DNA of 64,000 nt from Flaccisagitta enflata (lineage: Eukaryota): NCBI GenBank assembly GCA_965153355.1, contig OZ231126.1, positions 1,364,001 through 1,428,000 of the forward strand. Reading direction: 5' to 3'. The notes beneath the pieces are model-generated. The model was not told where the DNA came from, made no database searches, and saw nothing but the letters and a program-made list of their open reading frames with translations. Shown here piece by piece: positions 1-18,799 of the stretch. Numbering within the stretch: position 1 is the stretch's first letter; every line of letters starts with the position of its first letter. The position numbers were made by a program, and so were the translations under genes.

Positions 1-76
1 GTAGTACTATTTTGGGTCCTCCATATCCTCTCTCTCCGCCCTCTCCACCCTCTCCACCCCCCTCCCTCCACCGCAG

Positions 77-344
77 CATCATCCGTACATTTGAAACTTT
101 ATTTTGGCCGTTATTCGGCGTGGGAACTAAAGGCAGTGGGGGTGGTCCCCGCCCGATGCATACACCCCCTGAATGGATCGAGGAGAACAACCCCTGGCTA
201 GGGGGTTTGTTCCATCAGGGGGACTCGGTCAAATGGATCGCCCGATGGGCCGAAATTATGAGCGGATTTTATTACTTGATTATGATTATCATTTTGGTTA
301 ATATGCTCATTGCCATGATGAGTAACTCGTTTAATAGCGTTCAG
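77..344 (+). CDS. TRPC-like channel, copy 1, alternative pore+S6 exon A
   Basis: Splice sites ccgcag|C...CAG|gtaaaa. Encodes IIRTFETLFWPLFG (TRPC LFW pore helix) ... ILVNMLIAMMSNSFNSVQ (S6). 268 nt, phase 2 to 0. Confidence 0.88.
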
Positions 345-1446
345 GTAAAAGGCAAATATGTCTATGACTCGATATTAACACTCTCAGCATGCAAGTTGTG
401 TCATCCCAGCATCGTCCCTCCCAAGAGCGCGGTCAGTTTTTGGCATCTGTGATTTTGGACACAAAAACAACTCTTATTTAGTAATTCGTCATCAGTGTTT
501 TTTCAGGACTTCATGACCGAGTATCTCACAGAAGGAGTGTTTTGCAGTAAAGCTCTTTTTTTACAAATAACAGTTGTATTCAATAAACAGATAAGAAAAC
601 TCTTTATAAAAAAAAAAAAAAAAAAAATCAAATCAATGTTGATTTCATGTAACTTTTATTTTGACACATCCCCAAACACAACTTTCTTCAATTCACAAGC
701 ACGCGTTGAATAAACTATGCACTGCACTCACAGCTTGATCATATATGTAATCTTTATGTTTGATTGCTTGTTAGTAAAACAGACAGAAATACAAAAAATA
801 TTTCTGGATGAAACAAAACAGTACAAAACGATACAAGAACAGTTAAAACTAAGGATGTGGAGGCGGCTGACCGCTCTCCATTTGGAGGATAGGAAAGCTA
901 CTAGTATTTTCATTGTAAAATGGAAGCAAAAGCGTATGCGTTGGAAGCGGCATAAAAATCAACCGCTTCCACATCCCTGAACCTAAAACGCCCATTTTGA
1001 TATTACAAAATCAACAAAAAAATGCCCATATTGATGCCGCTTCCACTGCTTATGCCTCCACTTCCACTTCCACTTCTACTTCTACCGCAGTCACTTCCAC
1101 TTCCACTGCCATATCTGCTTCCATTTTTGCTTCTACCTCTGCTTTCGCTTGCGAATCTATTTCCACCTTTGTTGTCACCTCCACCTTCGCTCATGCTTCC
1201 ACTTTATTTCTGCCTCCACTCCCGCTTCCACTTTCTCTTTCAATCCCAATTCCACTTTTGCTTTTACCTCCGCTCCCCCTTCCAAATCTGTATTTGCCTG
1301 CGCTCCCGCTTCCAATTTCCGCTTCCATTTCCACTTTCACTTCATTTTGCAGCTTGAATATGAGTCAATCCCAGTGACCCAACCACCAGATATGAAAGTT
1401 GTAAATCGCTTCCACATCCTTAATTCCTTATAACCTCGATCCGCAG

Positions 1447-1625
1447 CATCTTGAAGACGTTCGAGGTGCTGTTTTGGTCGCTGTTTGGGATGCTGCAGAC
1501 GTCGGAGCGGGAGTTGCGGCAACCACCGCAGCAATTTGACGAGAATGATCCGTGGCACGAAGGTGTTATGGGAGATAACAAACTCGGAGTCTGGATGATA
1601 TCAGGATCATTAGAAATCATTCTAG
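1447..1625 (+). CDS. TRPC-like channel, copy 1, alternative pore exon B1
   Basis: Splice sites ccgcag|C...CTAG|gtgcgt. Encodes ILKTFEVLFWSLFGM...SLEIILG. 179 nt, phase 2 to 1. Confidence 0.88.
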
Positions 1626-1653
1626 GTGCGTTTTGTGCTACATTCTTTATACT

Positions 1654-3950
<2,297 letters not shown>

Positions 3951-4683
3951 TAGTCGCGTGTAATCGACTCTACATCCTGCTTTGTCTGTCCGTCCGTCCG
4001 TCGGTCGGTCGGTCGGTCGGTCGGTCAGTCACTCTGCCGGTCAGTTTGTTGGTCAGTCTGTTGGTCTGTCACACTTTTTTTTAAAATCTTATTTCTTTAA
4101 GTCATTTAAAGTCATTAAAGGGTATACTAAGTCATTCTAAGTGATTCTAAGTGATTCTAAGTCAATCTGTGAGTGTCGCACGCGACTAATAGGTGTTGGC
4201 CTTGTTTGGAAGAGCGCTGCTTCTAGATAACTCAAGCCACCAACTGATGATTGGTTGCGTTTGGAAGAGTTTAGGCCTTTGGCAACTCCAAAGAGTGAGA
4301 TCTATATTATTTTCATAACTTTTTTTGTTAAAAAGCAGCATTCTTGCAAGATTATTTTATATTATGAGGTGGGAATATTTCTGATTTAAGATAAGGAATG
4401 CTATTGAGACCTGTCACACAATTTTGACCGTTGAACACTTACAGTCAAACCATAAAAAGCACATTTCTGGCTGGACATATTAGATGGAGCATAAACAGTT
4501 TTCTTACAACTTTGGTCTTCTGCAGTTAAGATTTCACCTCACTTGGTCAACTGGAAGTGTGCATTTCATTGGTGTTAGTTGATTAGTCCCTTGTTTTCAA
4601 ACGCTCCTTTAAGCATTTACATCTTAACATCTTTACAAATGATTTTGATTCTTTTAAACTTGCTTGGCACAACGACGCATTAC

Positions 4684-5296
4684 GACGGTTGATTTTTGAA
4701 GGAAGAAACTCGTGTTTCAAACCACTTTTTGCATAATTAGTTGAACTAGTAAAGAACTACAAATACTTTTCTTGGGCAAATTGTCTCTAGGGACACTTGG
4801 TGTGTACATCTCTGTCATAAGCTGACCTCATAGGTCCCTTTAGATATGCAAATTACTTGAAATAAGTCAAGAAAATCAAGGTTTTTGTGAAATTTTGCTT
4901 ACATTTTTTTTTCTTTTTCTGTGGTTGAAATTCTAAGACTCTTAAATGCAGCAAAATTTTGCATTTTCAAAAACATAGTTCTCTTTGTAATTGAATTTGG
5001 AAGAGAACTATGTTTTCTATTTTTTCATTTTTTCATTATCTATGCAAATTTAGAATTTCAACCACCCCCTGTCAGTTAACAAAAATGAAATTTTCAGAAA
5101 TAAGCAGTAAATTTCCTTTATCAATCTTGGCCATATCAAGTTGATTTTTGTATTAGAATGTAAATCATGCAAAATATTATTAAGATCAACCTTTTTCACG
5201 GACTTTTTTGATACAATTATTTAGTTTTACTTAGATTTATATTTATATTTTAACCCTCGTTGAAACAAAAAATGTTGGCTTCGGAGGCTCGCCGTC
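4684..5296. mobile_element. Non-autonomous DNA transposon, 4-bp TSD TTAC
   Basis: ttac|gacgg...ccgtc|ttac; the empty site is in copy 2 near 28995. Confidence 0.7.
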
Positions 5297-5433
5297 TTAC
5301 GACTCACTGAAACCATGGGACATGGCCAATTTATCCTGTCCTAGGTTATGCCTTGCGCTATGCCACGTGTTCATGCCCCTTGTCCCACGACTCTTTTATC
5401 ATTCATCATCCACAATGCATCATGATGTTACAG

Positions 5434-5513
5434 GTGTCTTCCATCTGATGATGCTCATTATCATGTTAAATTTGTTGATCGCCATGATGAGTACCTCCTT
5501 CAATGATATTCAG
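5434..5513 (+). CDS. TRPC-like channel, copy 1, alternative S6 exon B2
   Basis: Splice sites ttacag|GT...CAG|gtactt. Encodes (G)VFHLMMLIIMLNLLIAMMSTSFNDIQ. 80 nt, phase 1 to 0, completing B1. Confidence 0.88.
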
Positions 5514-5557
5514 GTACTTATTACATTGATGAGTACATCCTTCAATGATATCATGTA

Positions 5558-5968
5558 CTACACGACTCAAAAAAAAAGCCGCACCCTATTTTGAGTTGAT
5601 GTATAAGAAAAAAAAATTATCAAAAATTTTTTCTGTCAAAGTGATTTGAAAGATTTTTAAATTTTCTTTCATTCTAGACCAATCCCAGATTTGTATCTCA
5701 AACGGTTTAGGAGCTAGAGCTCTGCAAAGAAAAGCACTATTTTGGTAAAATGCGTTTTTTTCATAGGGATTGCAAAACTGAAATAGGTAACATTTTATAC
5801 TCAAACTGATGCCATTTCTAAACGAAAAAAGATAGCAATACCAGATTGGCGCCAAATGAAAGATCTTTTCAAGAGCTTTCTAATGGTCTAAGATTTTGAT
5901 TAGTTTTTTTGAAATTTAGTATGACAATTTGTCATTTAAAAGTGCGGCTTTTTTATTGAGTCGAGTAG
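5558..5968. mobile_element. MITE with TA TSD (Tc1/mariner-type)
   Basis: TIR ctacacgactcaa-aaaaaagccgcac / gtgcggcttttttattgagtcgagtag; empty site at about 29254. Confidence 0.8.
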
Positions 5969-7365
5969 TATTGGGTGACCTAACGATAAAGCGTCTGTCA
6001 CCACAATTCAAATACTTCTTTCAAGTTGCCCGAAATGAGGTTCGTTCGTACCATCATTTCAACCAGAGAGAATGATAGAGAGCTCTTCTCAGTCTGCCCG
6101 TCACCTTGTTTTGGGCAACCTTCTTTTTCATTTTCAGTTATTTTCTAATCATAGTCAGAGTATGCTCTCCATTTTATTAAAACACCTCAATTGTCAATTG
6201 CTGCGCATGAAACCCTTTTAACCCTAACCTATAGAGATCATCATAATTTACTGAACATCATAGCTTCTTTTTCTTACTTTTTGAATGCTTCTTTTTAGTC
6301 GCGGACTAGCGACTCTATAAGAGGCTTTGTCCGTCCGTTGGTTGGTCGGTCGGTTGGTCCGTGGTGATCGAGTTGAGAGAGTGCGAAAACGCGCAATTCC
6401 GCCCCTGCCCACCCGTCCGCGAATGGTATCGGTCGTGTATCCGGCCTTGTTTCCACTTTACTTCATTCAGTTAAGGCTCATTCCTGATATTTCATGCGGG
6501 TTCTTACATTGGCCACATAATCTAGATATCAGAACGATATTTCTGATATTTTCTTCCCAATGCAAAAATCCCACATGAGAATGCCAACCCATGTGAACGT
6601 GATTCCTCATGCTTATTTTCAGACTTAATCCTTATATTGTCGACAACGAATACTCGTTGTCCTAACAAACAACTATCCCATTCTTTTTTCATTCAATCAT
6701 TTATCATTTATCATTTTTTTCTTGTAACATCCAATGCTATTAGACCTGATCTTAAGGCTTATGGATCTGTCCGCGCTTTTGGGATGATGATCACACTTTC
6801 GTACCGTAAGATAGAATACGTATAAGTATGTACAGTATAACTTAGTGCAGCCTCGTGATATAATATTCAGTGTCACAGTGTAAGTGATAATAATCTGTCA
6901 TATCAGTGACAGTGTCGTTTGTTTTGTTGTGCAATTGCTATTGAAATTTTTGTTTGGTCTTTCTGATTTCCTTTCTTTTCTTTCAATGGATTTAGGAACT
7001 GATACCAGCTAAGCAACTTTGATTTTTCAATTAGAATTCTGTGCTTACATGATTCTTATTTAAACATGGTGAAATGAGCGTGACAGTAAAATTATTAAAG
7101 CTGAATTATTCATCAACCATGGTAAACGTTAATTACCTGACCTAACCCCCAAAAGAACTTAATGAAACAAGGCCGGATACACGGCTACCCCAGTCGCGTG
7201 CGGGTGGGCAGGAGCAGTGAGGCTAAAGATCGCAAAAAAAAAAAACGAAAAAAGTAAAGTGTGACGGACCGTCAGACCAACGGACCGACGGACCAACGGA
7301 CCGACGGACCGACGGACCGACAAAGCGGGTTGTAGAGTCGCGTAGCACACGACTAAAAAGCATAG

Positions 7366-7974
7366 GACGCAGTGTACGGGAAGAAGAAATTCATGCGTCA
7401 TTACAAATTTTTGAATATTTTTTATATCATTTCTATATAATTTTTTTTTCTGAAAAAACATTTTTCAAGTATTTAACAATAAATTTTTGCATAGATAATC
7501 TCTGAAATACAGATTTGATGAATATAATGTATTGAAAAAAGGTAGAAAAAAGAAGATCTTTTATAGAAAATCAAAATTTGTCATCTTACTCCTGTTAAGT
7601 GAAATTATATCATTGCATAAAAATTAGGAAATTTGCATTTCCAAACACATGGCCTCTTTTCAAAAACATATAAAAAAAGGGCCATGTTCTTAGAAATGCA
7701 AAATTTTCTTTATTGAAGCTGTGATATAGTTTCACCTAACAACATTTTGAAATTTTGTTCACCATTCTTTTTAAAGAATTCAATCTTTCATTGTTTATTT
7801 CTGATTGTTATGAAACCATAGTCAGTATTTTTGGTTCAAAAACATAATAAAAACACCTTATACATTATATTGAAAATACTTAACTATTATTCCATTAATA
7901 TTTTTTGATAGTAAATCTATATCACAAGCAAAAATTGAAATGAAACCAAATTTCCTGTTCCTGTACACCATGAC
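7366..7974. mobile_element. Non-autonomous TIR element, TSD ATAG
   Basis: Imperfect TIR (gtgtacgggaagaagaaatt / aatttcctgttcctgtacac); absent from copy 2 at about 31528. Confidence 0.65.
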
Positions 7975-8597
7975 ATAGGGAGAAAGGAATGTCAAGTATT
8001 TCTCATGGTTTCTCTCCCAAATTCCATACACCATTTTCTTTTGTGGTCAATATCACTCTCCCTTTTCCAGAATCATTTCTTATTCAAATTTCTATACTTA
8101 GCGACCCATGACTTCCTAAATACTTCTCATTTCTATTGTATCAATTGTGTTTGACATTCAACTTATAGTTTTAGGACTTTCTTTTATTCTAGTTTAAATT
8201 TGGAAGTTTTGGCCTGAAACAGATGAGGAAAGAAAGGTGAAAATGAAGCTATTAGTGGTATGTTGATATGCAGCTGTTTTCAGTCGTGTAATATCGTGAT
8301 AAAAGATATTGCCGTTCATTTAAATCTAGTTAAGTCGTAAATTGCTGAAAACTACGTTGTATGAAGGAACATTATGGATATAGATGGACAAGCCGATGGA
8401 CGAACCGACAAACCAACCGTCTTCTTTTAGAGCCGCGAGTACAATTTGGAAAACTTCGGCGAGATATATCAGATTTCCATCTTTCTTTACCTCACGTTTT
8501 ACATAAATGTTGAATTGTTATAACGACAAGTTCGACCACATTCTAATCCAGTTATTCAACCCACTTGTATTCTCTGCAATCCTCTCTTTATATCCAG

Positions 8598-8768
8598 GAA
8601 CATTCGGACATTGAGTGGAAATTCAGTCGCACGAAATTGTGGCTTTCTTACATTTCTACGAATGCAAACATTCTTCCTGTTCCCTTCAACATTTTGCTCC
8701 TATTCAAAAGTTGCCTTGTTGCAGTCGCCGAAGTCTTTACAGTCACAGCAGCCTTTCTCAAGAAAAAA
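8598..8768 (+). CDS. TRPC-like channel, copy 1, TRP-box exon
   Basis: Splice sites tatccag|GAA...AAA|gtaagt. Encodes [18 protein letters not shown]...LPVPFNIL, matching the TRPC EWKFAR box and LPxPFN motif. Confidence 0.92.
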
Positions 8769-8779
8769 GTAAGTTATTC

Positions 8780-8873
<94 letters not shown>

Positions 8874-8927
8874 ATCCAAAATCACAACTAAGTCCTAGGC
8901 TTTTTGTCTGACAATTTTGGTGCGATA

Positions 8928-9393
8928 CACTTTTTTTTTTTAATAAGAACCAAGTTTATAAGAACGTTAGGCTTCAAATCGCTAAAAATTTAAGAACATG
9001 CTAAGAACATTGGAAGCCTTTATTTTTTTAAAAATTTAAGAACATAAACTTGAAATTTTAAAAATTTAAGAACATTTTTGTTTTATTTAGATTTTTTATC
9101 CTTAATGTTCAGCAAAGTGTGTCTCATTCAATACAAAATTTATCATTTTATTTTCATTGATCTTAACATTCACATAAAATAGTTAAACCTGCTGCTTGGT
9201 TGTTTCATTGACGTTTTCCTTCATTTGCTTTTAGATGACAAACTCAAACTAATTAAGAACGTTCTTAAATGAAGGTTAAAAACTGTATTTAAATTAAGAA
9301 CGATTTAAGAACGTTAAAGCCTTGAAACTGCCCAAAATTTAAGAACATTGAAGGCTTGCCCAAAAAGTGACGTTCTTATAAAAAAAAAAAGTG
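8928..9393. mobile_element. MITE with TA TSD
   Basis: ta|cacttttttttt..ataagaac ... gttcttataaaaaaaaaaagtg|ta, with internal ttaagaac repeats; empty site gcgatagaag at about 36442. Confidence 0.8.
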
Positions 9394-9420
9394 TAGAAGT
9401 TCAAGAAATAGAAACCCAAT

Positions 9421-11926
<2,506 letters not shown>

Positions 11927-12099
11927 CTGGAATTAAACAACACTTTGTTTTTGATATAAAACAACATGTTTCTGCATCAATAATTTTGCAAAAAACTGCT
12001 CTTCTTCATCTTTAACGAAATAACTCTTTTAACCGGAGGCTCGTTCGTTCGTGGATCGCGAATCTATTCTGATAGCCCTATCGTTTGTTTGTTTGCTTT

Positions 12100-12440
12100 C
12101 CAACATAAGACGTTCATCAGATTGAAATCGAATCAGAAGAGATATAGAGGAGAGATCAGAGGAAAGATTAAGAGAGAAGGAAGGAATTGAGAGAGGAGAG
12201 AAAAGAGTGTAGTGGAAGGCGGCAGAGCCGGGGGCGGCCCCCCACGGCGACGACGAGCCGGAGGCGGCGGAGGAGGTGGAGGGACGTCGAAGGAAGAATG
12301 GGAGGAAAGGAAGGCAGCAACCTTGGAAGGGAAATTCCACAAATCGTCCTTAACAAGCCGCGTGCGCCTGGCTGGGCATTCGAAGGCGTGTGAAACAGTC
12401 TGTGGGTCTATGTAGCAATTCGGGCAAATATCATCTCCGA
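12100..12440 (-). mobile_element. 5'-truncated 3' fragment of a non-LTR retrotransposon (C-terminal CCHC region)
   Basis: CPNC..PQTVSHAFECP...DLW..P..VAAFL; absent from copy 2. Boundaries are approximate. Confidence 0.7.
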
Positions 12441-13167
12441 CAGGGTCGTCGGAAGTCGGATAGTTGCTGGCACAAGGAAAGGCTCCCCTCCGTCGCTGAT
12501 GCATCCGCAGCGTTTAAGTCCAGTTCATTCCGCTTTCGTGTTTTTCATACAAAATATGTTTGATTCACAGCGATCCTGTTCTGTCGATGACAAAATTACG
12601 TTCAAAACTGTGCCTTTTACTATAATTTACGCTCAGATGTTTGTTTTAAGTTTTGAGCAATGAAACAATCTGATTTAACCTCCTAGTTACAATTTCAATT
12701 AAACATTGAAAATTTCTGTCGTTTAAAGGAACTGTATTCTTAAAACCGCATTATGCAAATTATGTTTATATCGCGGACGTCGCTACAATTGCCATCTATC
12801 TCTTCGCCGTTAATTTTTGTGTCGTGAACTCAAGCTACATTTATCAACCACAGCTGCCACAAAACGTCAAGTCTTGTCAACGATTGAACAATTTGTATTT
12901 GGCATAAAACAGAAATTATCTAAACATCGTGTAGATTTGTGTAAATATTTCTGTAAGATGACATCACCAGTTGTGTATCACAGGCCGTGATTATATGAAT
13001 AGGATGATGTCAATTTATATGGGGTTTTGCACGTCGAGGATTTTGATTTTGTTGTGTGTTTTATAATACGCCCTGACAATTCTTTACGATTTTGTGCCTA
13101 TCCGTTGATGGATAAGTTGTTGGTTAAGTTTGTTGGTAAAGCTTGTGGTCTGGGTACCTGGTCTTGA

Positions 13168-13325
13168 AGCATGTGTAGGTGGCTGACACTGGCTGGGTGC
13201 ATTTGTAGGTGGCTGACACTGGCTGGGTGCATGTGTACGTGGCTAATGCTGGCTGGGTGCATGTGTAGGTGGCTGACACTGGCTGGGTGCATGTGTAGGT
13301 GGCTGACACTGGCTTGGTGCATGTG
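13168..13325. repeat. 30-bp minisatellite remnant (~5 units) at the duplication breakpoint
   Basis: catgtgtaggtggctgacactggctgggtg units. Confidence 0.9.
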
Positions 13326-13612
13326 CACAGTGGTAGTTATCAAGCAACGATCAAGCATATTTCACCCAGGCCACCTCAAACACCTAAAACCACCCAAATC
13401 AGCTACACAGTGGTAGTTATCAAGCAACGATCAAGCATATTTCACCCAGGCCACCTCAAACACCTAAAACCACCCAAATCAGCTACACAGTGGTAGTTAT
13501 CAAGCAACGATCAAGCATATTTCACCCAGGCCACCTCAAACACCTAAAACCACCCAAATCAGCTACACAGTGGTAGTTATCAAGCAACGATCAAGCATAT
13601 TTCACCCAGGCC
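13326..13612 (-). repeat. 80-bp tandem array (~3.6 units), inverted relative to 60003-61658
   Basis: cacagtggtagttatcaagcaacgatcaagcatatttcacccaggccacctcaaacacctaaaaccacccaaatcagcta. Confidence 0.95.
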
Positions 13613-13679
13613 TTAGCATGATCCTTTTAACTCACCTTTATACTTACCTTTAAACTTCGCTTACTCTCTTTGGATGAAG

Positions 13680-14457
13680 TGAAGATGTGGACCTAGCCTC
13701 AAATTTAGAGGGTGGATAAGATGGATGAAGAGAAGACGATGACCCAGCTCTGATTTAGAGGATGGATAAGATTGATGAAAAGACGATGTGGACCCAGCCT
13801 CAAATTTAGAGGGTGGATACAATGGATGAAGGGAAGACGTGGACCCAGCCTCAAATTTAGAGGGTGGATAGGATGGTTGAAGGGAAGACGTGGACCCAGC
13901 CTCGAATTTAGAGGGTGGATAGGATGGATGAAGGGAAGACGTGGACCAAGCCTCAAATTTAGAGGGTGGATAGGATGGATAGAAGACGTGGAACCAGCCT
14001 CGAATTTAGAGGGTGGATACGATGGATGAAGGGAAGACGTGGACCCAGCCTCGAATTTAGAGGGTGGATAGGATAGATGAAGGGAATATGTGGACCCAGC
14101 CTCGAATTTAGAGGGTGGATAAGATAAATGAAGAGAAGACGATGGCCCAAACCTCGAATTTAGAGGAGGGATACAATGGGTGAAGGGAAGACGTGGACCC
14201 AGCCTCGAATTTAGGGGGTGGATAGGATGGATGAAGAGAAGATGTCGACCCAGCCTGGAATTTAGAGGGTGGGTACAATGGATGAAGGGAAAACGTGGGC
14301 CCAGCCTCAAATTTAGAGGGTGGATACGATGGATGAAGGGAAGACGTGGACCCAGCCTCGAATTTAGAGGGTGGATAGGATAGATGAAGGGAATATGTGG
14401 ACCCAGCCTCGAATTTAGAGGGTGGATAAGATAAATGAAGAGAAGACGATGGCCCAA
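13680..14457. repeat. 51-bp minisatellite (~15 units)
   Basis: ggacccagcctcgaatttagagggtggataggatggatgaagggaagacgt consensus. Confidence 0.92.
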
Positions 14458-15020
14458 CAATTAGCCTCCAGTCTTGCGTCTTGAGCCTCGATTTTGAGGT
14501 TTTGAGGATGGGCTGTTTGAATAAAGATGAGTACCCACCCTCAAGTTCATAGGATGGCTCGATTGGGGAATGATGAGTTTGGAGATTGGATTGATTTCTT
14601 GGCATTCCTAGTCAACCAAGCCTGCTCTTCTTTTCAGGTTGATTAACTGAAGACCATGGAGCTTTGGAAAGAGATTGTGTGGTTCACTTTTGAAAGCAAA
14701 CCGCCAGGCATCGAGAATGTCTTGAAAATTTTGAAAACAGTTGGTGTTTTCCAATTTTTCCACTAGTTTCCACCAAGCATCGATATCTGGCAGATTTGGT
14801 TCTTGTTCCTTTATTTGAATAATTTCGGCCAGTATGATATCCCTGAGGGTATGTTTGCTTAGCTCAATACTTACCCTCAGTCTACCTGCCATTAGTGGGA
14901 TTTGTTCATTAGTAGAATAGAAAATTGAAATTTTGAGAAAGACTGAAAGAAAGAAAGAGACTGAAATGATATGATAGAAAAGAAAGGATAAAATTATAAA
15001 AAGGAAGAAAGAAAGAACTA

Positions 15021-15104
<84 letters not shown>

Positions 15105-15449
15105 GATGATGATGATTATGATGATAATGACGATGATGATGATGACGCAGAAATACTGCTCGCTATTAACAGTTGAGGATCGTTGGCCCGCCTAAATTTG
15201 GGAAAACACTGTTTGGATTGCGTTTTTGCTTCTTCGTTTTCTTCAATTGAAGGACTTAGTTTCGTCCCTCATGTCAACATGTCGACGCTGTGAGATCCAC
15301 ACGTTCACGTTGTCGCCGCGTCCTTAGCGTGATACTGCTTTGTCACCCAGTCCAGATGACAAAGTGAGACTGATGGTTTGGATAGGGATTTGGCTTTTCT
15401 AGTTGAGCCAAATTACTTAATGATGGTGCCGATGCAGTAGATTTAAAAC

Positions 15450-15601
<152 letters not shown>

Positions 15602-15918
15602 AAGAAAGAAAGAAAGAAAGAGAGTGAAGAAGAAGAAGAAGAAGAAGAAGAAGAAGAAGAAGAAGAAGAAGAAGAAGAAGAAGAAGAAGAAGAAGAAGAA
15701 GAAGAATGACGGCTCACCCAGGCGATGTTACTGAATTCCGGGCCTTGGTTATGCACTTAACTGGGCCGGGGTGAAAGATCTTCGTTGCCGACAGAAGGAG
15801 TGGCGATGACAGAATATGTCTGGTCTGCGCCGGTGGTCTGTGCGATGTCTGGGGTCGCAGCGTAAGGTTAGCCTATCCCCCAGGAAAGGCCGCGGGGTGC
15901 GCGAGGTGGGAGAGGCGA

Positions 15919-16014
<96 letters not shown>

Positions 16015-16788
16015 GGCCGGATACACGGCAATCCAGTCGCGAACGGTTGGGCAGGAGCAGCAATGCGAAAACCGCTCGGAAATCAAAAATGTGACGGACC
16101 GACCGACGGACCGACCTACCGACCGACACGGCAAGGTGTAGAGTCGCGTGTCTGCGACTAAGAAGAAAGAGATAAAGAAAGAAAGAAAGAAAGAAAGAAA
16201 GGAAGAAAGAAGAAGAAGAAGAAGAAGAAGAAGAAGAAGAAGAAGAAGAAGAAGAAGAAGAAGAAGAAGAAGAAGAAGAAGAAGAAGAAGAAGAAGATAA
16301 AAGGAAGAAAAAGAGGACGAAGAAGAGGAACAACAATAACAAGAACAACAACAACAAAACCGTGCGCCGGCGCAATGTAGGATCAGAGATCCGGGTCTCA
16401 GTGTAAACCCAGATTAGGCCGATGAGTAACGTCTTTGTAGGCCACTCCTGATTTTGGGCCACGTCCAGTGTAGAGGCAGGAGGTGGGAAAGGGTGAAGGG
16501 GGGGATGTACGGATGTTGTCACCGGTTTGTCGCCGTGTTCATACCGCTTTGCCCGTTCCAGATGACAAAGTGAGACTGATGGATCGATATCGGTTTTTCT
16601 TTTCAGTTGACCAAGCCTCACATTATAATGATGCCGATTAAATGAGTAACAAACGATCGGCTACTCACTGCCGCCGTCCATCATATAAGACCAACTGATT
16701 GAGTTGCTTCATAAATTTTAAGCACACTTCGTCAAATAGGGGTTGTGCCAACGTGCGCTTTCCTTGGGCGGAGAGGGAGAGAGAGAGG

Positions 16789-16883
<95 letters not shown>

Positions 16884-17145
16884 GCTATTGTGTGTTTGCC
16901 TTTTGTGTCGGTCTTATCAATTTTGCCGACATCCAAATCCAAGGCCTTGTTTTTTTTTTGTTTGTTTTTTTTTTTTTTTTTTTGGGCTGGGGTGAGACGT
17001 CTGGTTGAGCACAGGGATGGGCGATGACAGCAAGTGTCTGGGCTGTGCCGGTGGTCGACGCGATATACGGGGTCGCCGCAATAGGTTAGCCTATCTCCCA
17101 AGAAAGGCCGCGGGGTGCGGGGGTGGGAGAGGCGAGTCGTGGGGG

Positions 17146-17256
<111 letters not shown>

Positions 17257-17331
17257 AGAGAGAGAAAGAGAGAGAGAGAGACAAACACACACACAGAATA
17301 AAGAAGAAAGAATGAAAAAGAGAAGAAAAAA

Positions 17332-17363
<32 letters not shown>

Positions 17364-17958
17364 AACAAAAAAAGAAACAAAGAAAGGCAAGAGAGAAAGA
17401 ATGAGACAGAAGAGACAGAAGAGACAGAAAAGTATACTTACAGGGTGTAGTTCACGACGTCGAGGAATTGGGGTTGGATCGCGGCCTTTAATGATCGCGA
17501 TGACTACTTGAGTGGTTTAACCCCACTTCAAGTTCCGTCTGAGGGTGGGGAGAGCGAGGATCGGCTTTTCCAGACCGAATTCCAAAAAGATGCGCCAGTC
17601 GGGAGATGATGATGATGATGATTATGATGATAATGAAGATGCTCTTTATGATGATGCTAATGATGCTCATGATGATGATGGTGTGATATCAATACCATAT
17701 TGATGATAATGATATCAAGGATGGGTTTAATAAAGAATTTGATAACGTGATGAACGAGTCGCCAAGTTTTTCTAGTGAAATTCTATCAAATTCCAAATTT
17801 CATAGATGAACCATGGGATGAATCATGGGATGAGCCGCGATGATAGTTTGTAGCTTGGCCCTCATGGAGGTCCACAGAGGGGGCTGTTACGTCAGCTTGA
17901 TTACAAGGACTTGTAGCATTGGGCGGGGATGAGAGAGATAGAGACAGGGAGAAAGAGA

Positions 17959-18048
<90 letters not shown>

Positions 18049-18220
18049 ACGGGTGTGAATTTGACCCCGCGATTTTTGTAGGCTTGCCTTTTGTGTCGGT
18101 CTTATCAGTTTTGCCGACCTTTCACCGTAGAAGTCCAAATTTGTACGTCTGAATATTTCGGCGATGACAAGTGAATGGGGATTGGCCCTACCAGGATGCT
18201 GGTAGGGACAGACGGATAGA

Positions 18221-18311
<91 letters not shown>

Positions 18312-18711
18312 CTCTTTTGGGGACGTTGCACCGTTTGCGTATTCTTGCACGCCCATGCAACATCTGTTTTCTTGCATGTATTGTTGCACGCCCATGCAAC
18401 ATCTGTTTTCTTGCATGTATTGTTGCACGCCCATGCAACTTTTCTTTTATTCTGCAGTGATCTTGAATTACGGCGTTATTTCGAAGAAATAGTGAGATTC
18501 AAGGGAATGAATCATGTTTTTCTTTTTGTTTTAGACGCTTTTGTCTTGATGCTTCCAGAGGCGAAAATGATGATATGATGATATGATGGTATGATGATAT
18601 GATGATAGTTTAGTAATGACAAAATAAAATATACCACTGCTGCCTTTTAAGCCACGGGGCCGTTACCGACAGTGATAGGGGACTATGTATCTTATGTTCG
18701 CATAGTCAGGC

Positions 18712-18799
<88 letters not shown>

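Noticed and set aside
884-1377. Ser/Thr/Pro-rich ORFs between TRPC exons A and B1
   Set aside because: Degenerate (CTTCCA)n-type repeat; length and frame are not conserved in copy 2.
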